From a virus (taxonomy: Duplodnaviria > Caudoviricetes), in IMG/VR virus record IMGVR_UViG_3300033999_000083, positions 1 to 64,000 of that record: a DNA stretch of 64,000 bases; one strand, 5' to 3'. Shown here piece by piece: positions 33,593 through 44,477 of this stretch. Within the stretch, counting starts at the first letter, position 1; the number at the start of each line of letters is the position of its first letter. The translations under genes and the position numbers were made by a program. Below the pieces are notes generated by a model, which had not been told where the DNA came from, searched no databases, and was given only the letters and a program-made list of their open reading frames with translations.

Positions 33593-34297
33593 ATGGCTGA
33601 ATCAATAGCTATTGTAGGTGCTTCGGGATCTGGAAAGAGCACTTCATTAAGAAATCTAGATCCAAAATCAACTTTTATTATTAATGTTACTGGAAAAAGC
33701 TTGCCTTTTCCAGGTTTTAAGAAAAATTATACTCTTTTTAAGCAAGACCCAGAAACAAAAAAGTTTGTGGGTAATTTATATAATACTTCTGATGTAAAGA
33801 AAATTGCACAAGCTTTAAAAATTATAGATAAAACTAGACCAGATATAAAGGTTGTAGTTTTAGAAGATGCACAATATCTTATGGGATTTGAAATGATGGA
33901 TAGAGCCAATGAAAAAGGGTATGATAAGTTCTCTCAAATTTCAGCTAATTTTTATTCAGTTTTAAAAGAAATTATGAATATGAGAGACGATTTAAAAGTC
34001 TGTGTAATTACTCATAGTGAAAATATAGGCGATTCTACCAATCCTAGTTATAAAATTAAGACTGTTGGAAAAATGTTGGACACTTTTATAACTATAGAAG
34101 GGTTATTCACATATGTACTATTCACAGAAGTAATAAGAACTGAAGATGCTAATGGTAAGAAAATAGAATATAAATTTATCACTAAGTCTGATGGCACAAC
34201 CACAGCAAAAACTCCTATGGGATGTTTTGAAGATTTATATATAGATAACGATCTAAAATATGTTTTAGAAAAAATAGACGAATATAACAATGGTTAA
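33593..34297 (+). CDS. AAA_24/Sak4-like P-loop ATPase
   Basis: IVGASGSGKSTS, VLEDAQY, AKTPMG.F. Confidence 0.85.
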   Translation: MAESIAIVGASGSGKSTSLRNLDPKSTFIINVTGKSLPFPGFKKNYTLFKQDPETKKFVGNLYNTSDVKKIAQALKIIDKTRPDIKVVVLEDAQYLMGFEMMDRANEKGYDKFSQISANFYSVLKEIMNMRDDLKVCVITHSENIGDSTNPSYKIKTVGKMLDTFITIEGLFTYVLFTEVIRTEDANGKKIEYKFITKSDGTTTAKTPMGCFEDLYIDNDLKYVLEKIDEYNNG

Positions 34298-34838
34298 GGC
34301 AATAACTATAAGTTTTGATGTAGACACTGATACCGGAGAAGTTACTAACGTAAAAGCTCATGTAGAAGGTGAAGTAAAGAAAAAAACTACTACTAAAAAG
34401 AAGAAAGAAGTAATAGAAGAATTGGAAAATACTCCTCTTATTATAAGAGAGGATGGAAAATTAATATTTAACAATAAAGCTATAGATGAAATGGGATTAA
34501 CTTCTGAATCTAGAGTAGTTGTTGAATATGAGAAAGATAAAGGTAAATTATTTCCTGTAATAGGAACTGATGTGTCTTTTGATACAATAGGAGCTGGTAA
34601 TAAACTTACCAAATCTAAAACTGTTTCCTTTAGAGGAAACCAAAATACAGTATTAGGTGAATTTGGAGATGAATTTACTATACAAAAATATAGAGATGGA
34701 GTGTGGAAACTAGTATCTAATTCTAAAGTGGCTGAAACAGTAGAAGAGGCTATGGAATTATCAGATGAGGTTGATACACAATTACTTGTAGATGATGATG
34801 AAACTTATGAGATAGATGAATTAGAATTTAAGTTATAA
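34290..34838 (+). CDS. hypothetical protein
   Basis: 182-aa ORF, acidic tail. Confidence 0.7.
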   Translation: MVKAITISFDVDTDTGEVTNVKAHVEGEVKKKTTTKKKKEVIEELENTPLIIREDGKLIFNNKAIDEMGLTSESRVVVEYEKDKGKLFPVIGTDVSFDTIGAGNKLTKSKTVSFRGNQNTVLGEFGDEFTIQKYRDGVWKLVSNSKVAETVEEAMELSDEVDTQLLVDDDETYEIDELEFKL

Positions 34839-34845
34839 TAAGAAA

Positions 34846-35544
34846 ATGACAATGGACGGATTTAATTTTAACATTACTGCAAATGCATCACAATCTACAT
34901 TTAAACCTCAATTACCAGGAAACGAAATACATGAAGTAAGATTCGATGGAATAGTTTCTGAAGACATGCAAGGTAGAAAAGAACCTGATAAAACTTTTAG
35001 AGTACTAAGAATAAAATTCTCAAATGACAAAGGTCAGTTTGAGCATACTATATTTGAACCTAGACCAGAGGACTCCAAAAGAAGGGAGAATACTGTAGTA
35101 AGAGACGGTAAAGAGCAAAAAATACCTTCTGCTTCAAATAAAGAAAATATGATGCTATTACTTAAGCATTTAATTGATGCAGTTCTCCCAGAAGTGGGAA
35201 AGAAAATAGATAAAGGGGAGGTAACTCTAGGTGGTAAAGACTGGGAACAATTTAGAAATAATGTAGTCGCCATTCTTAATAAAGGTATAGGTGCTACAGT
35301 TAAAATAAAATTAGTAAAAGATCAAGAAGGTAAAGTAATATTTCCTAAATATTTTACTGGAATAAATCAAGAAGGAAGAGCATACGTTAGAAATAATTTT
35401 ATAGGAAGTAACTTAGCATTTACTGCTTATGAAAAATCAAATATGAACAATGAAGCTAAAGCTACTCCTACTAAAGTAGATGACGAAATGGATTTTCCAG
35501 AAGTAGGTAACTTAGATTTAGATTTTGATGTTTCTGGACTATAA
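34846..35544 (+). CDS. putative single-stranded DNA-binding protein
   Basis: Between Sak4-like ATPase and primase; acidic/aromatic C-terminus (DLDFDVSGL). Confidence 0.55.
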   Translation: MTMDGFNFNITANASQSTFKPQLPGNEIHEVRFDGIVSEDMQGRKEPDKTFRVLRIKFSNDKGQFEHTIFEPRPEDSKRRENTVVRDGKEQKIPSASNKENMMLLLKHLIDAVLPEVGKKIDKGEVTLGGKDWEQFRNNVVAILNKGIGATVKIKLVKDQEGKVIFPKYFTGINQEGRAYVRNNFIGSNLAFTAYEKSNMNNEAKATPTKVDDEMDFPEVGNLDLDFDVSGL

Positions 35545-35555
35545 TTGAATAATTA

Positions 35556-36605
35556 ATGGAGTTTAAGTATGAAGGAGCTCCAAAGATTACTAAAGAATTC
35601 CTATATAATACGATAGGACAAGAAAGATTGATGGAGCATTATTTAGGAGTCCCTGTAAAAAAGGGACTCTTTATATGCCCATCTTTTTTAAGAAAAGACA
35701 CTAGGCCAACCTGTGCTTTCTATAAAAATAAAAATGGGATTCTTATATTTAAGGATTTTGCAGGAATTTCTGGAGATGCTGCAACTGTAGTTATGAATAT
35801 ATTCCATTGTAGTTATTATCAATCTTTAAGAATAATAGCTAATGATTTTGGATTAATACCATATACTAAACTAGATACTAATCCACCTAAGATACAATAC
35901 TCTGGTAATGTTTTAGAAGAAACTAAACATGCTAATATACAAATAGAAGCAAAAGATTTTTCTGAAAAGGAGTTAAATTGGTGGAAAGAATTTGGTATAT
36001 CTTATGATATATTAAAAAAATTTAGAGTTTATTCCGTAAAGTCTGTATTTTTAAATGGAAATTATTTTACAGGCTCATCAGAAAAAACTTCTATATATGG
36101 ATATTATGGAGGTAAAAGTAAAAATGGAGACGAGTTCTGGAGATTATATTTTCCAACAAAAACTAAATATAGATTTTTAAGTAATTGGAGCTCTTCCATG
36201 TTACAAGGAATAAGACAACTTCCAGTTTCTGGAGAAAATCTTATAATAACTAAATCATTAAAAGATGTCATGACATTATACAGTATAGGGATAAATTCAG
36301 TTGCCCCTATATCTGAAACTATTGTAATAAATAAAGCTAGATTTGAAAAATTACAAAATAGTTTTAATAATATAATATGTTTATATGATAATGATTTAGC
36401 TGGAGTAAAAGGTGCTCAAAAATATAAAAAACTCTATAATACGAGATGTATATTTATAAAAAGAAAATATGCCAAAGATATTAGTGATTTATGGAAAAAA
36501 TCAAACTATGTTCAAAGGTATGAAATAATCAAAGATATGGAATTAATACTACAAGATAAAACTATTCATAATACAAAATATTTTTATATATTCAATGGAA
36601 AATAA
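35556..36605 (+). CDS. DNA primase (Zn-binding + TOPRIM)
   Basis: CP..R.D..PTC.FY...FKDF; IITKSLKDVM; YDND.AG. Confidence 0.88.
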   Translation: MEFKYEGAPKITKEFLYNTIGQERLMEHYLGVPVKKGLFICPSFLRKDTRPTCAFYKNKNGILIFKDFAGISGDAATVVMNIFHCSYYQSLRIIANDFGLIPYTKLDTNPPKIQYSGNVLEETKHANIQIEAKDFSEKELNWWKEFGISYDILKKFRVYSVKSVFLNGNYFTGSSEKTSIYGYYGGKSKNGDEFWRLYFPTKTKYRFLSNWSSSMLQGIRQLPVSGENLIITKSLKDVMTLYSIGINSVAPISETIVINKARFEKLQNSFNNIICLYDNDLAGVKGAQKYKKLYNTRCIFIKRKYAKDISDLWKKSNYVQRYEIIKDMELILQDKTIHNTKYFYIFNGK

Positions 36606-36996
36606 CGAATTAGAGGAAAAACCCAAGAAAAAAGTAAATGGCAGCAAAAATAAGAGAAAAGGAAGTTCTTATGAAAGAAAGATTGTAAATGAATTAAAGG
36701 AAATAACCAGAGATTCTGAACTATGTACATCTAGATCTGAAAGTAAGAGGTTAGATGATGCTAAAATAGATATAGCAGATCCCAATAATGTGTTAGATTT
36801 CTATGTACAATGTAAAAATACTCAATCTAATCCTAGTGTTAAAAAACTTAATGCTGAAGTAGGAAAAAAAGATAAACCACTGGCTATATTCTGAAATGCA
36901 CAAGAAAAAAGAGAAGTAAACAGTGTTAGTGTAGGAGAATATGTTATAATACCAAAAGAGTTATTCTATAAACTATTAAAACTTAAATATGACTAA
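36595..36996 (+). CDS. Holliday junction resolvase (PD-(D/E)xK) with in-frame TGA (Trp) at 36892
   Basis: K.KGSSYER, DIAD, VQCK; readthrough gives PLAIF(W)NAQEK...GEYVIIPKELFYKLL, ending at a TAA that overlaps the next ATG. Confidence 0.85.
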
Positions 36997-37456
36997 ACAA
37001 ATTATTATTATACTGTCTTTACTCTTATTTATATCTTGTAGTGGATATAATGTAGAATATTTTAAAAACAACAAAAATAATAAAGTAAAAATTCCTATTA
37101 TAGAGAAAGATATAGGAAATAAAAAAGTTTTATTTATAGTAGATTCTGGAGCTAATTTATCTGTTATAGATAGTACTTGGTATTTCAATAACTCTGATTT
37201 ATTTCGTAAAGAAGGTGAAGAAACTAGTACTATTATAACAGGTATATCAGGTACCTCAAATTTAAAAACTATTTTGGTATCTACAATCATAGATGGCAGA
37301 CGTATCCTTTTTTCTACTTCAGATTTAAGTCCTATTATTAAAGACTTAGAGACACAAGGTTTTAATATAGTAGGAATATTAGGTTCAGATTATTTAAGGG
37401 ATAATTATTCAATAATAGATTATAAAAAACAAGCTGTTTATTCAGCTAAAAGATGA
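36989..37456 (+). CDS. retropepsin-like aspartic protease, lipoprotein
   Basis: LLFISC lipobox, FIVDSGA, GILGSDYL. Confidence 0.85.
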   Translation: MTKQIIIILSLLLFISCSGYNVEYFKNNKNNKVKIPIIEKDIGNKKVLFIVDSGANLSVIDSTWYFNNSDLFRKEGEETSTIITGISGTSNLKTILVSTIIDGRRILFSTSDLSPIIKDLETQGFNIVGILGSDYLRDNYSIIDYKKQAVYSAKR

Positions 37457-37464
37457 AATAAAAT

Positions 37465-38492
37465 ATGATAAGTTTAGATAATTTTGCTAAATTAGCGCAT
37501 TATATAAGAGAGAGTATTAATACTAAGGACTTTCTATCAGAAAGATATGATATTGATATCTATCCTTTAACTAAGAATTTAGAAAATGCTTTAGATATAA
37601 CTTTAAGAGAGGTTCTTCCAGATAAATTAGATATATTAGATTATTTCATGGATATGATAATATATACTGATTTAACTGACGATGATATAAAAGAAACATA
37701 TGATTATATATTTAATGAATAACAGAATATGATGAATTTAGATGATTTTAATCGTTTAGTGCGTGCTATAGCAAGTAATGATGATACTAAACAATTTCTG
37801 TATGATAAATATGGTATAGATATTTATCCATTAACAGAAAATTTGGAAATTGCTTTGGATATAGTTCTTAATGAACTTATTCCAAAAGAAAAAATAGACT
37901 ATCTCATCGATATGGTAGCATATGATGATTTGACTGATAGTGAAATAGAGGAAGCATATAATTACATATTTAATGAATAATGAGTTATGATAAGCTTAGA
38001 AAATTTTAACATACTAGTATCTGGTATATTAAGGAGTAACAAACTCTCAAAGAAATTATCTAAAAAATATGGTATAGATTTATATCCTGTGGTTAAAGAT
38101 TTAGATATGGCTCTTTCAGCAGCTATAGATGAAATTATTCCTAAAGATAAGTCTGACTACTTTTATGATATAGTGTATTCTGGTTATTTGAAAGAAGATA
38201 ATATAGAAGACTTATATCATGATATATTTGAAATATAACTATGATTAGTTTAGATAATTTTTCCATTATAGTAAATAATATATTGGAGAATAATAGGCTC
38301 CTAAAAGAGGTTCCAATAGAACATGATGTTGATTTATATTCTGTGTTTAATAATTTTGATGAAGCACTGTCAACTGCTTTAGAAGAAATTATACCAGAAG
38401 ATAAGATAGATTATTTTTACAAAACAGTATATTCAAAATCTATGTCAGAAAATAAAATAGAAGAGTTATATAATAATATATTCAATAAATAA
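37465..38492 (+). CDS. four tandem paralogous acidic proteins (37465-37722, 37729-37980, 37987-38238, 38241-38492)
   Basis: MISL(D/E)NF...Y.IDIYP...L..AL...L.E.IP..K.DY...I.E.Y..IF. Confidence 0.9.
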
Positions 38493-38494
38493 AT

Positions 38495-38986
38495 ATGTTA
38501 AGGATAGCATGTGATATTGACGACTGCATTGCGGATTTTTTGAATCCATATTATAGATTATATGGAAAACCTAAAAAGGGAGATTATGAAATCACCAGAA
38601 ATGTATATAAACTCAGAAATAATAAAAATTTCTGGGAAAGTTTACCAGTATTAGAAACTATGGATTTTGAACCTCATATATATTGTACTAAAAGGGTAAA
38701 TAGTAAAAGATATACTAAGAATTGGTTATTAAAAAATAACTTTCCTGTAAAACCTATATATCAATTATACAATCAAAAAGGAAATAAAGCTACTTTAATT
38801 AAGGGAAGGTGTGATGTGCTGGTAGACGACTCTTATAGTAATGTAATAAAAGCTATAGAATCTGGACTACCAGCATTATTATTAACTAGACCTCATAATA
38901 TCAATATATTAACTCCTTATAGAATAAATTCTTTAAGATATAAAGAAATTGAGGAGAAGTATAATAGATTTTTTAATAATAAATAA
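38495..38986 (+). CDS. 5'(3')-deoxyribonucleotidase-like HAD phosphatase
   Basis: IACDIDDCIADF, DVLVDDS, LLTRPHN. Confidence 0.8.
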   Translation: MLRIACDIDDCIADFLNPYYRLYGKPKKGDYEITRNVYKLRNNKNFWESLPVLETMDFEPHIYCTKRVNSKRYTKNWLLKNNFPVKPIYQLYNQKGNKATLIKGRCDVLVDDSYSNVIKAIESGLPALLLTRPHNINILTPYRINSLRYKEIEEKYNRFFNNK

Positions 38987-38987
38987 T

Positions 38988-39968
38988 ATGACATTTAAAG
39001 AATTAGAGGCCAGATATGGAAAACAAAATAGATCTGAGTGGAGTCAACATCCTAATGGTGGAGGTTGGGTATACAAAAAGGCTGAGGTAGCTGATAGTGC
39101 CTTTGTAGGAGAAAATGCAGTAGTACTTTCAGGTTATGTAGCTATATATGCCAGAATAGAAGATTATGCTGTAATACGTGATAGTGCAAGAATACTTGAT
39201 AACGCTGTTATAAAAGGCAATGCACAAATATTTGATAATGCTACTGTATGTAAAAATGCAGTGGTAAAAGATAATGTTATTATACTTGATCAAGCAATAG
39301 TAACCGATAATGCAGAAGTATCTGGAAATGTTATAATAAAAGATCATAGTGAAATACGTGATTCAGCTAAAGTAATGGATAATGTTGTCATATCAGAAGA
39401 AGCTAACATATATGATAGTGCCAAAGTATTTGGAAATGCAAAAATATCAGGAAGTGCTAAAATATTCGGAAATGCAAAAGTATATGACAATGCTATAGTA
39501 AAAGATAGAGTAAGTATATATGATAATGCAGAAATATATGGCAGTGCTAAAATATATGGCAAAGCTAAAATACTAGATAATTGTAAAGTATATGATGATG
39601 CACAGATATTTGATCATGCTAGATTAAAAAACTTTTCTCAAGTATTTGAAAATGCTAGAGTATTTGGTTTTGCAGTAATATATGATAATGCTAAAATATC
39701 AGGCAATGCTATAGTATATGGTGGTGCTAAGGTATTTAATAAAGCTATTATAACAGGAAGTCCAGAAGTATATGGAGATGCAATGGTTTTTGAAGAAGCA
39801 GTTATAGAAGGTTATGCTAAAATATTTGACCTAGCAAAAATATATGGTAAAGCTAAAGTATCTGATGATGTATTTATATATGAATGTTCTAGAATTTTTG
39901 GTAATACTGTATTATCAGGAGAGTTAAGTATATTTGGAAACACTGAAATACCTAATAAAAAGATATAA
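38988..39968 (+). CDS. hexapeptide-repeat left-handed beta-helix protein
   Basis: HPNGGGWV followed by a long run of xA(K/V)(I/V)(Y/F)(G/D) hexapeptides. Confidence 0.85.
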   Translation: MTFKELEARYGKQNRSEWSQHPNGGGWVYKKAEVADSAFVGENAVVLSGYVAIYARIEDYAVIRDSARILDNAVIKGNAQIFDNATVCKNAVVKDNVIILDQAIVTDNAEVSGNVIIKDHSEIRDSAKVMDNVVISEEANIYDSAKVFGNAKISGSAKIFGNAKVYDNAIVKDRVSIYDNAEIYGSAKIYGKAKILDNCKVYDDAQIFDHARLKNFSQVFENARVFGFAVIYDNAKISGNAIVYGGAKVFNKAIITGSPEVYGDAMVFEEAVIEGYAKIFDLAKIYGKAKVSDDVFIYECSRIFGNTVLSGELSIFGNTEIPNKKI

Positions 39969-39999
39969 ATGAATAAAATATGTTTAGTAGTATGTAATA

Positions 40000-40998
40000 G
40001 TGAAAATAGATAATGAAATATCTTTAAAAGTAGTTCCGGGTAGTTTACAACTCCTACGAATGAGTGACGAAGAATATTTTTCTGATAAATATTCTGATTA
40101 TATAAGTAATAGTAGGTTAAGCCTTATTAATCCTGAAGAAGATGGTTCTATAGATAAGTTTAAAAAAGGATTAGAGTCAAAATATTCTAGTTCATTAGAA
40201 TTAGGTTCTAGTATCCATTGTATGCTCTTACAACCAGATGAATATGAAATATCTGATATTAGAAAACCATCTGGAAAATTAGGAGTATTTGCAGAGAATG
40301 TTTATCTGTATAGAAAAGAAGGATATAGTATAGAAGACTCAATAAAATTAGCTTCTGAAAAATCTGACTATTATAAGGATAAATTAACAAGTAAAAGATT
40401 AAAAACTGCAATAAAAGAATCTATTGAATTCTATTTAAATAGACTTAGAGTAAAAGAAAGTTTAGATAAATCTACTATATTCTTATCTAAGTCTATGGCT
40501 AGTATATTTGATATTTGTATTTCTAATATAATAAGTAATAATGAATTTATGAGCACATTGTACCCAAAAGGAATTATAAATGATCCTGAAGTATATAATG
40601 AATATGCTATATTAGGAGAAATACAGGCTGGAGACAAAATAGTAAAGGTAAAAGGTAAATTAGATAATTTTACTATTGACCATGAACAAAAAATCATAAC
40701 TCTTAATGATGTAAAATCTACTGGCAAGCCTTTATCTTTTTTTATGGGTAATGAATTTAATGGGATTTATATTCCTGGATCATTTGAGAAATACAGATAT
40801 TATAGACAGTTGGCAATGTATTTATATTTACTAAATAACTGTTTAAATTTAGAAGGATATAAATATAAAGCTAATATTCTAGCTATAGAAACTATTCCAG
40901 AATATAATTCTGGAGTATTTAAAATATCAGATAAATGGATTAAAAAAGGCTTAGAAGAGTTTAAAAATTTATTAATACTTGTTGCCTATGAATGTTGA
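40000..40998 (+). CDS. PD-(D/E)xK exonuclease (RecE/exo VIII-like)
   Basis: YISNS.L, LGS.IH, KGKLD, DVKSTG, YYRQLAMY. Confidence 0.85.
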   Translation: MKIDNEISLKVVPGSLQLLRMSDEEYFSDKYSDYISNSRLSLINPEEDGSIDKFKKGLESKYSSSLELGSSIHCMLLQPDEYEISDIRKPSGKLGVFAENVYLYRKEGYSIEDSIKLASEKSDYYKDKLTSKRLKTAIKESIEFYLNRLRVKESLDKSTIFLSKSMASIFDICISNIISNNEFMSTLYPKGIINDPEVYNEYAILGEIQAGDKIVKVKGKLDNFTIDHEQKIITLNDVKSTGKPLSFFMGNEFNGIYIPGSFEKYRYYRQLAMYLYLLNNCLNLEGYKYKANILAIETIPEYNSGVFKISDKWIKKGLEEFKNLLILVAYEC

Positions 40999-41362
40999 TG
41001 AGATAACTAATGAGATTAATAAGTTATCATATGAGGATAGATTTAAGTTATATGTAAGATGTTTTGGATTTGGGAATTTATTATCTGATGAGTTTGATGA
41101 TAAACTAATTCTTATATCATTAGTAGCCTTAACAGCTAATAAATTAAAAGAGAAAAATCCTAAACTTACTACACTAGATGTATTATTACAAATAACTAAA
41201 GAAAAAGAAGGAACTTCTTTCTATAATGCTTTAGAAAATTTATCTATGTTAGTAGATGATTTATCATATGGTGTTAGTAAATTTAATTCATATGGATTAA
41301 CTGATTCAAAACAAATTATAAATAAAATAAAGGAGTTATTAAATACATGGACTCCATTTTAA
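40979..41362 (+). CDS. hypothetical protein
   Basis: ORF. Confidence 0.65.
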   Translation: MLPMNVDEITNEINKLSYEDRFKLYVRCFGFGNLLSDEFDDKLILISLVALTANKLKEKNPKLTTLDVLLQITKEKEGTSFYNALENLSMLVDDLSYGVSKFNSYGLTDSKQIINKIKELLNTWTPF

Positions 41363-41371
41363 TTTTTAGTT

Positions 41372-42280
41372 ATGGAGAGTATAACAGAATTTAGTGAGGA
41401 ATATTATATGGATGAGGATATAGTTAGTAAAGCGTCCATATGGGTTAGAGACAAGGATGTCTTTATGCCATCTACAGATATTACTATATATAAGGAACTG
41501 CCTCCTGGAATGTATAAAATAGATTATAGTAATGACAAAGGATTTACTTGTAAACCTATAAATGTTGATACAGATGAATTATTTGTTTTTAGTGATTCTA
41601 TAACTAAAAATTTATTAGATGAAATTCAAACATTTTGGGATAAAAAAGATGTATATGAAAAAAAGAAACTAATACATAAAAGAGGAATTTTATTGGCAGG
41701 TTTCGCAGGTACTGGTAAAAGTACTATCATAAACATTATAAGTAAAGAGTTAATTAAAAATGGAGGTGTAGTGTTTAAAGTATATGGTATAAATAATTTA
41801 TCTAATTACATAGACTTTATTCAGTACGGATTTAGAAAAATTCAAAAAGACACTCCTATAATAACTATATTAGAAGACATAGATCAATATAGAGAAGTAG
41901 AAGCAGGTTTATTGGATTTTTTAGACGGTCAGTTTCATTTAAATCATCATTTAGTTATAGGAACTAGCAACAATACTGAGGACATTCCTGAAACTTTTTT
42001 AAGACCAAGTAGATTAGATTTAAAAATAGAAATAGGATACCCATCTGAAAAAACTAGAGAAGAATATTTTAGATATAAAAATGTTCCAGAAGAAGATATA
42101 AGTACCTTAGTTGAAGCAACTAAGGATTGCTCGTTAGCTGATTTAAAGGAAATATTTATATGTGTGTATGTTTTAGATTATAGTATTGATAAAGCAGTAA
42201 ATCAAGTATTAAATCCAACAGATAAGAAAAATTATACCAATGCAAAGTATAATAAATCTAGAATAGGATTTGGAATATAA
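41372..42280 (+). CDS. AAA+ ATPase
   Basis: KRGILLAGFAGTGKS, LEDID, TSN, RPSRLD. Confidence 0.9.
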   Translation: MESITEFSEEYYMDEDIVSKASIWVRDKDVFMPSTDITIYKELPPGMYKIDYSNDKGFTCKPINVDTDELFVFSDSITKNLLDEIQTFWDKKDVYEKKKLIHKRGILLAGFAGTGKSTIINIISKELIKNGGVVFKVYGINNLSNYIDFIQYGFRKIQKDTPIITILEDIDQYREVEAGLLDFLDGQFHLNHHLVIGTSNNTEDIPETFLRPSRLDLKIEIGYPSEKTREEYFRYKNVPEEDISTLVEATKDCSLADLKEIFICVYVLDYSIDKAVNQVLNPTDKKNYTNAKYNKSRIGFGI

Positions 42281-42473
42281 TATGAGTTTATTATAATAAT
42301 TATTTTTAGATTTATTATATACATATACTATGTTTAGACACTAACCAAGTAAACAGATAAAAATTATCAAAGTTGAGGCAATTTTAGAATTTTAATTGTT
42401 GTAACTTTGTAATACAATTAGATGGAAATACTAGTAGATGGTAAATTAACAATTTTTAATGTAATATGTAAAT

Positions 42474-43055
42474 ATGAAAATTGCAGAATCGCAGGGATAC
42501 AGCAAGAAAAAAGCTTATGAAGAAACAGGATTTGTAATTCCTTTTGAGAAATTAAAAAATGCCACACTCTCCTGGAAAAAGGCAGGTGAGCCACAAGGTG
42601 GTAAAAAATTAGCGGAATTCCTTGAAAACTATTTAAAAGAAAATAGAAATTCAGGGGCTTATATTGTTCTGGAGTCCGCTTCAGAAGATACTCGAGAACG
42701 ACCGTATAAAATTATTAATGAGGCTACTAAAGGTAAGAGAAAAACAACTACTACTTACCAAATAAAAGAAGCTGAATTTAAGGTAAAATACCGCACGGTA
42801 AAAGATGAAAATGGAGAAGATGTAGATGTTCCTGAAGTAACTGTTATATCTACTGGTAAAGTAGAGGGAAAGGCTACTAAGAAAGACCAAGCTTTAGATC
42901 TTATGAAGGAACTTATTAAGGAAAATCGGAAACCTTACGTAATTGAAATCGTTAAAGAGGTGACCGAAGGGCAGAAGTACGCAGCTTATGGAGAATATAC
43001 TCCGTCTGCTTCCGCTAAAATGGGTAAATTTGTTTTTGCCGTAGAAGAGTACTAA
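42474..43055 (+). CDS. hypothetical protein, probably a separate transcription unit
   Basis: TAACTTTG box ~42402 upstream and terminator downstream. Confidence 0.7.
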   Translation: MKIAESQGYSKKKAYEETGFVIPFEKLKNATLSWKKAGEPQGGKKLAEFLENYLKENRNSGAYIVLESASEDTRERPYKIINEATKGKRKTTTTYQIKEAEFKVKYRTVKDENGEDVDVPEVTVISTGKVEGKATKKDQALDLMKELIKENRKPYVIEIVKEVTEGQKYAAYGEYTPSASAKMGKFVFAVEEY

Positions 43056-43065
43056 AAACAATTAC

Positions 43066-43095
43066 AAAGGTGGGGAAACATTCCTCACCTTTTTT
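43066..43095 (+). terminator. intrinsic terminator
   Basis: AAAGGTGGGGAA-ACA-TTCCTCACCTTT plus T run. Confidence 0.8.
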
Positions 43096-43130
43096 AGTCT
43101 AATTTAAGATTTAAACTTATAGATTACATA

Positions 43131-44474
43131 ATGAAAAAAAAGAAAGATTTACGAGAAGTTGAATATAATGCCTCACAGGATGAAGCATTTGACCAAAGGT
43201 CTGTAGGAGAACCAGTTAGAGACGAAGACGGAAAGATAAATGGCTATAGATTTAAGATATATGTTAGAGATTCTAGACCGTTAGAAGGATTTCTTACTAA
43301 CGAAGAAATGGAACTAATATATAGAGAGTACTCTTCTGATGGAGCTAATCTTACTCAGAGGAATATATCTAGACATTTTCCATATACAGTATCTGAATTT
43401 AAAAAGATACTACGTGCTTTTAATGTCACTAAGTCTGTAGTACCATTTCCTCCTCATGTTCTAGAATCTAGAACAACCGAAGAGTTACTAGAATTACATA
43501 TAAAGCAGAAAGAGGTAGATTTTCTTAAGAAGTATGAACAAGATAAAGGAGATTTATATAAGAAAAAATATAATGAACTTTTATTAGAACATCAAAAACT
43601 TAAAGAAGATTTTGAATCTGCAAAATATATTTCCGAAGACATAAATAAAGATAAGTTTAATACTATCAAATTAGATAGCTCTAATGAAACTATTATAGTG
43701 TATTTAAGTGATATGCATATTGGAGCTTATGTGTCTGAAGAAGGAGTATATGATAATAAGTATGATGAGGAAGAAGTTCATAGAAGGTTAAATATAATCC
43801 TAAACAAAATAAATAGTTATAATGGTACATTTAAAAATATAATTATTTTAAATTTAGGAGATGCAATTGATGGATATAATGCACAAACCTCAAGACCTGA
43901 TTCAACTCACATTCTTCCACAAAATATGTCTAATAAAGAACAAGGACAAGTTTTATTAAGACAAATGAGTGGTTTCTTTACAAATTTAAAAGATAATAAT
44001 CCAAATTCTGATATATTCTTTGTATCTGTTGGTCATTCAAATCATGGTGGAGATTTTGAACATAGTATTATTACAGCATTAGCTATAATGCTAGAGCATG
44101 AAGGTATTAGTACATATGTAGCGGTTAGGCCTATAGATCACTTTATTATTGGTGATAAAACTGTTATATTCTTACATGGTAAAGATAATATGGACCAATT
44201 TAAGAATTTTCCCCTTGTACTTAATGACAGAACAGAGTTATACTTTGATGAATATATAAGATATCATAGTTTAGGAGGCGATATTACTGTAGTAAAAGGT
44301 GATTTACATCATAGTGCTACAACGTATGGAAGAGCTTTTAAATACAAATCTGTAAGTAGCTTATTTGGTTCTAGTAATTGGATACATGCTAATTTCGGAT
44401 TTGCTAAATGGGGATGTGACTTTACCCTCATAGATAAAAACGGAGATACATTAGACGGCATAATAAAAGAATGA
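43131..44474 (+). CDS. metallophosphoesterase-domain protein with N-terminal extension
   Basis: LSDMHIG, LGDAIDG, SNHGG, HGKD, GDLH. Confidence 0.85.
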   Translation: MKKKKDLREVEYNASQDEAFDQRSVGEPVRDEDGKINGYRFKIYVRDSRPLEGFLTNEEMELIYREYSSDGANLTQRNISRHFPYTVSEFKKILRAFNVTKSVVPFPPHVLESRTTEELLELHIKQKEVDFLKKYEQDKGDLYKKKYNELLLEHQKLKEDFESAKYISEDINKDKFNTIKLDSSNETIIVYLSDMHIGAYVSEEGVYDNKYDEEEVHRRLNIILNKINSYNGTFKNIIILNLGDAIDGYNAQTSRPDSTHILPQNMSNKEQGQVLLRQMSGFFTNLKDNNPNSDIFFVSVGHSNHGGDFEHSIITALAIMLEHEGISTYVAVRPIDHFIIGDKTVIFLHGKDNMDQFKNFPLVLNDRTELYFDEYIRYHSLGGDITVVKGDLHHSATTYGRAFKYKSVSSLFGSSNWIHANFGFAKWGCDFTLIDKNGDTLDGIIKE

Positions 44475-44477
44475 ATT

